Shown here: piece by piece, positions 14,669 to 14,670 of the stretch
Layout: every line of letters begins with the position of its first letter
How positions within the stretch are numbered: position 1 is the stretch's first letter
Origin: an uncultured Erysipelotrichaceae bacterium
Lineage (GTDB): Bacteria; Bacillota_I; Bacilli_A; Erysipelotrichales; Erysipelotrichaceae
Assembly: GCA_964457525.1 (NCBI GenBank)
Contig: CAYWGS010000033.1
Span: 1-14,670, forward strand
Direction of reading: 5' to 3'
DNA length: 14,670 nucleotides
Position numbers and translations under genes: made by a program
The notes under the pieces: model-generated
Told to the model about the DNA's origin: nothing
The model's database searches: none
What the model saw: the letters and a program-made list of their open reading frames with translations, nothing else

Positions 14669-14670
14669 TG

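Noticed and set aside
1-14670. Mobile element, genomic island boundary, CRISPR array, tRNA/rRNA or riboswitch
   Set aside because: I found no transposase, integrase or recombinase ORF, no terminal inverted or direct repeats, and no spaced repeat array. No intergenic region is long enough (the largest are about 110 and 90 nt) to hold a structured RNA gene beyond the terminators described. No obvious compositional break was visible by eye, but I did not compute GC content.

Overview
AT-rich chromosomal segment that looks like a Firmicutes or Erysipelotrichia-type genome. This placement is inferred only from GGAGG-type ribosome-binding sites (SD), codon usage and gene families. Genes are tightly packed, and I saw no rRNA, tRNA, CRISPR array or mobile element. 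There are four blocks. (1) nt 1-6112 (+) is one long, translationally coupled operon. It holds the 3' end of a short Gnd-like 6-phosphogluconate dehydrogenase, a mannose-class PTS (EIIC, EIID, EIIB, then EIIA further down), two paralogous D-isomer-specific 2-hydroxyacid dehydrogenases, a KDPG (Eda-type) aldolase and a HAD phosphatase. It ends at a bidirectional terminator. Both membrane subunits (EIIC and EIID) are each interrupted by one in-frame stop codon (TGA 729-731, TAA 1634-1636), while all soluble genes are intact. (2) A YigZ/IMPACT-family gene lies on the minus strand (6224-6823). It is separated by only 46 bp, containing a perfect 15-bp palindrome, from purB. (3) purB (6870-8162) runs directly into a GlmU-like nucleotidyltransferase/hexapeptide-repeat protein, MupG (DUF871, 6-phospho-N-acetylmuramidase family) and an orphan lactose/cellobiose-class PTS EIIA. 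A hairpin follows, then MurQ (MurNAc-6-P etherase). This is a peptidoglycan-sugar recycling cluster with no transporter in the window. (4) 12005-14492 is an ABC-2 type transporter (ATPase plus two paralogous permeases) with its own terminator. A short convergent partial ORF sits at the right edge. The most interesting points are the double nonsense-split PTS membrane module inside an otherwise intact kinase-free sugar-acid operon, and the atypical GlmU-like/MupG/EIIA(Lac)/MurQ arrangement fused to purB.
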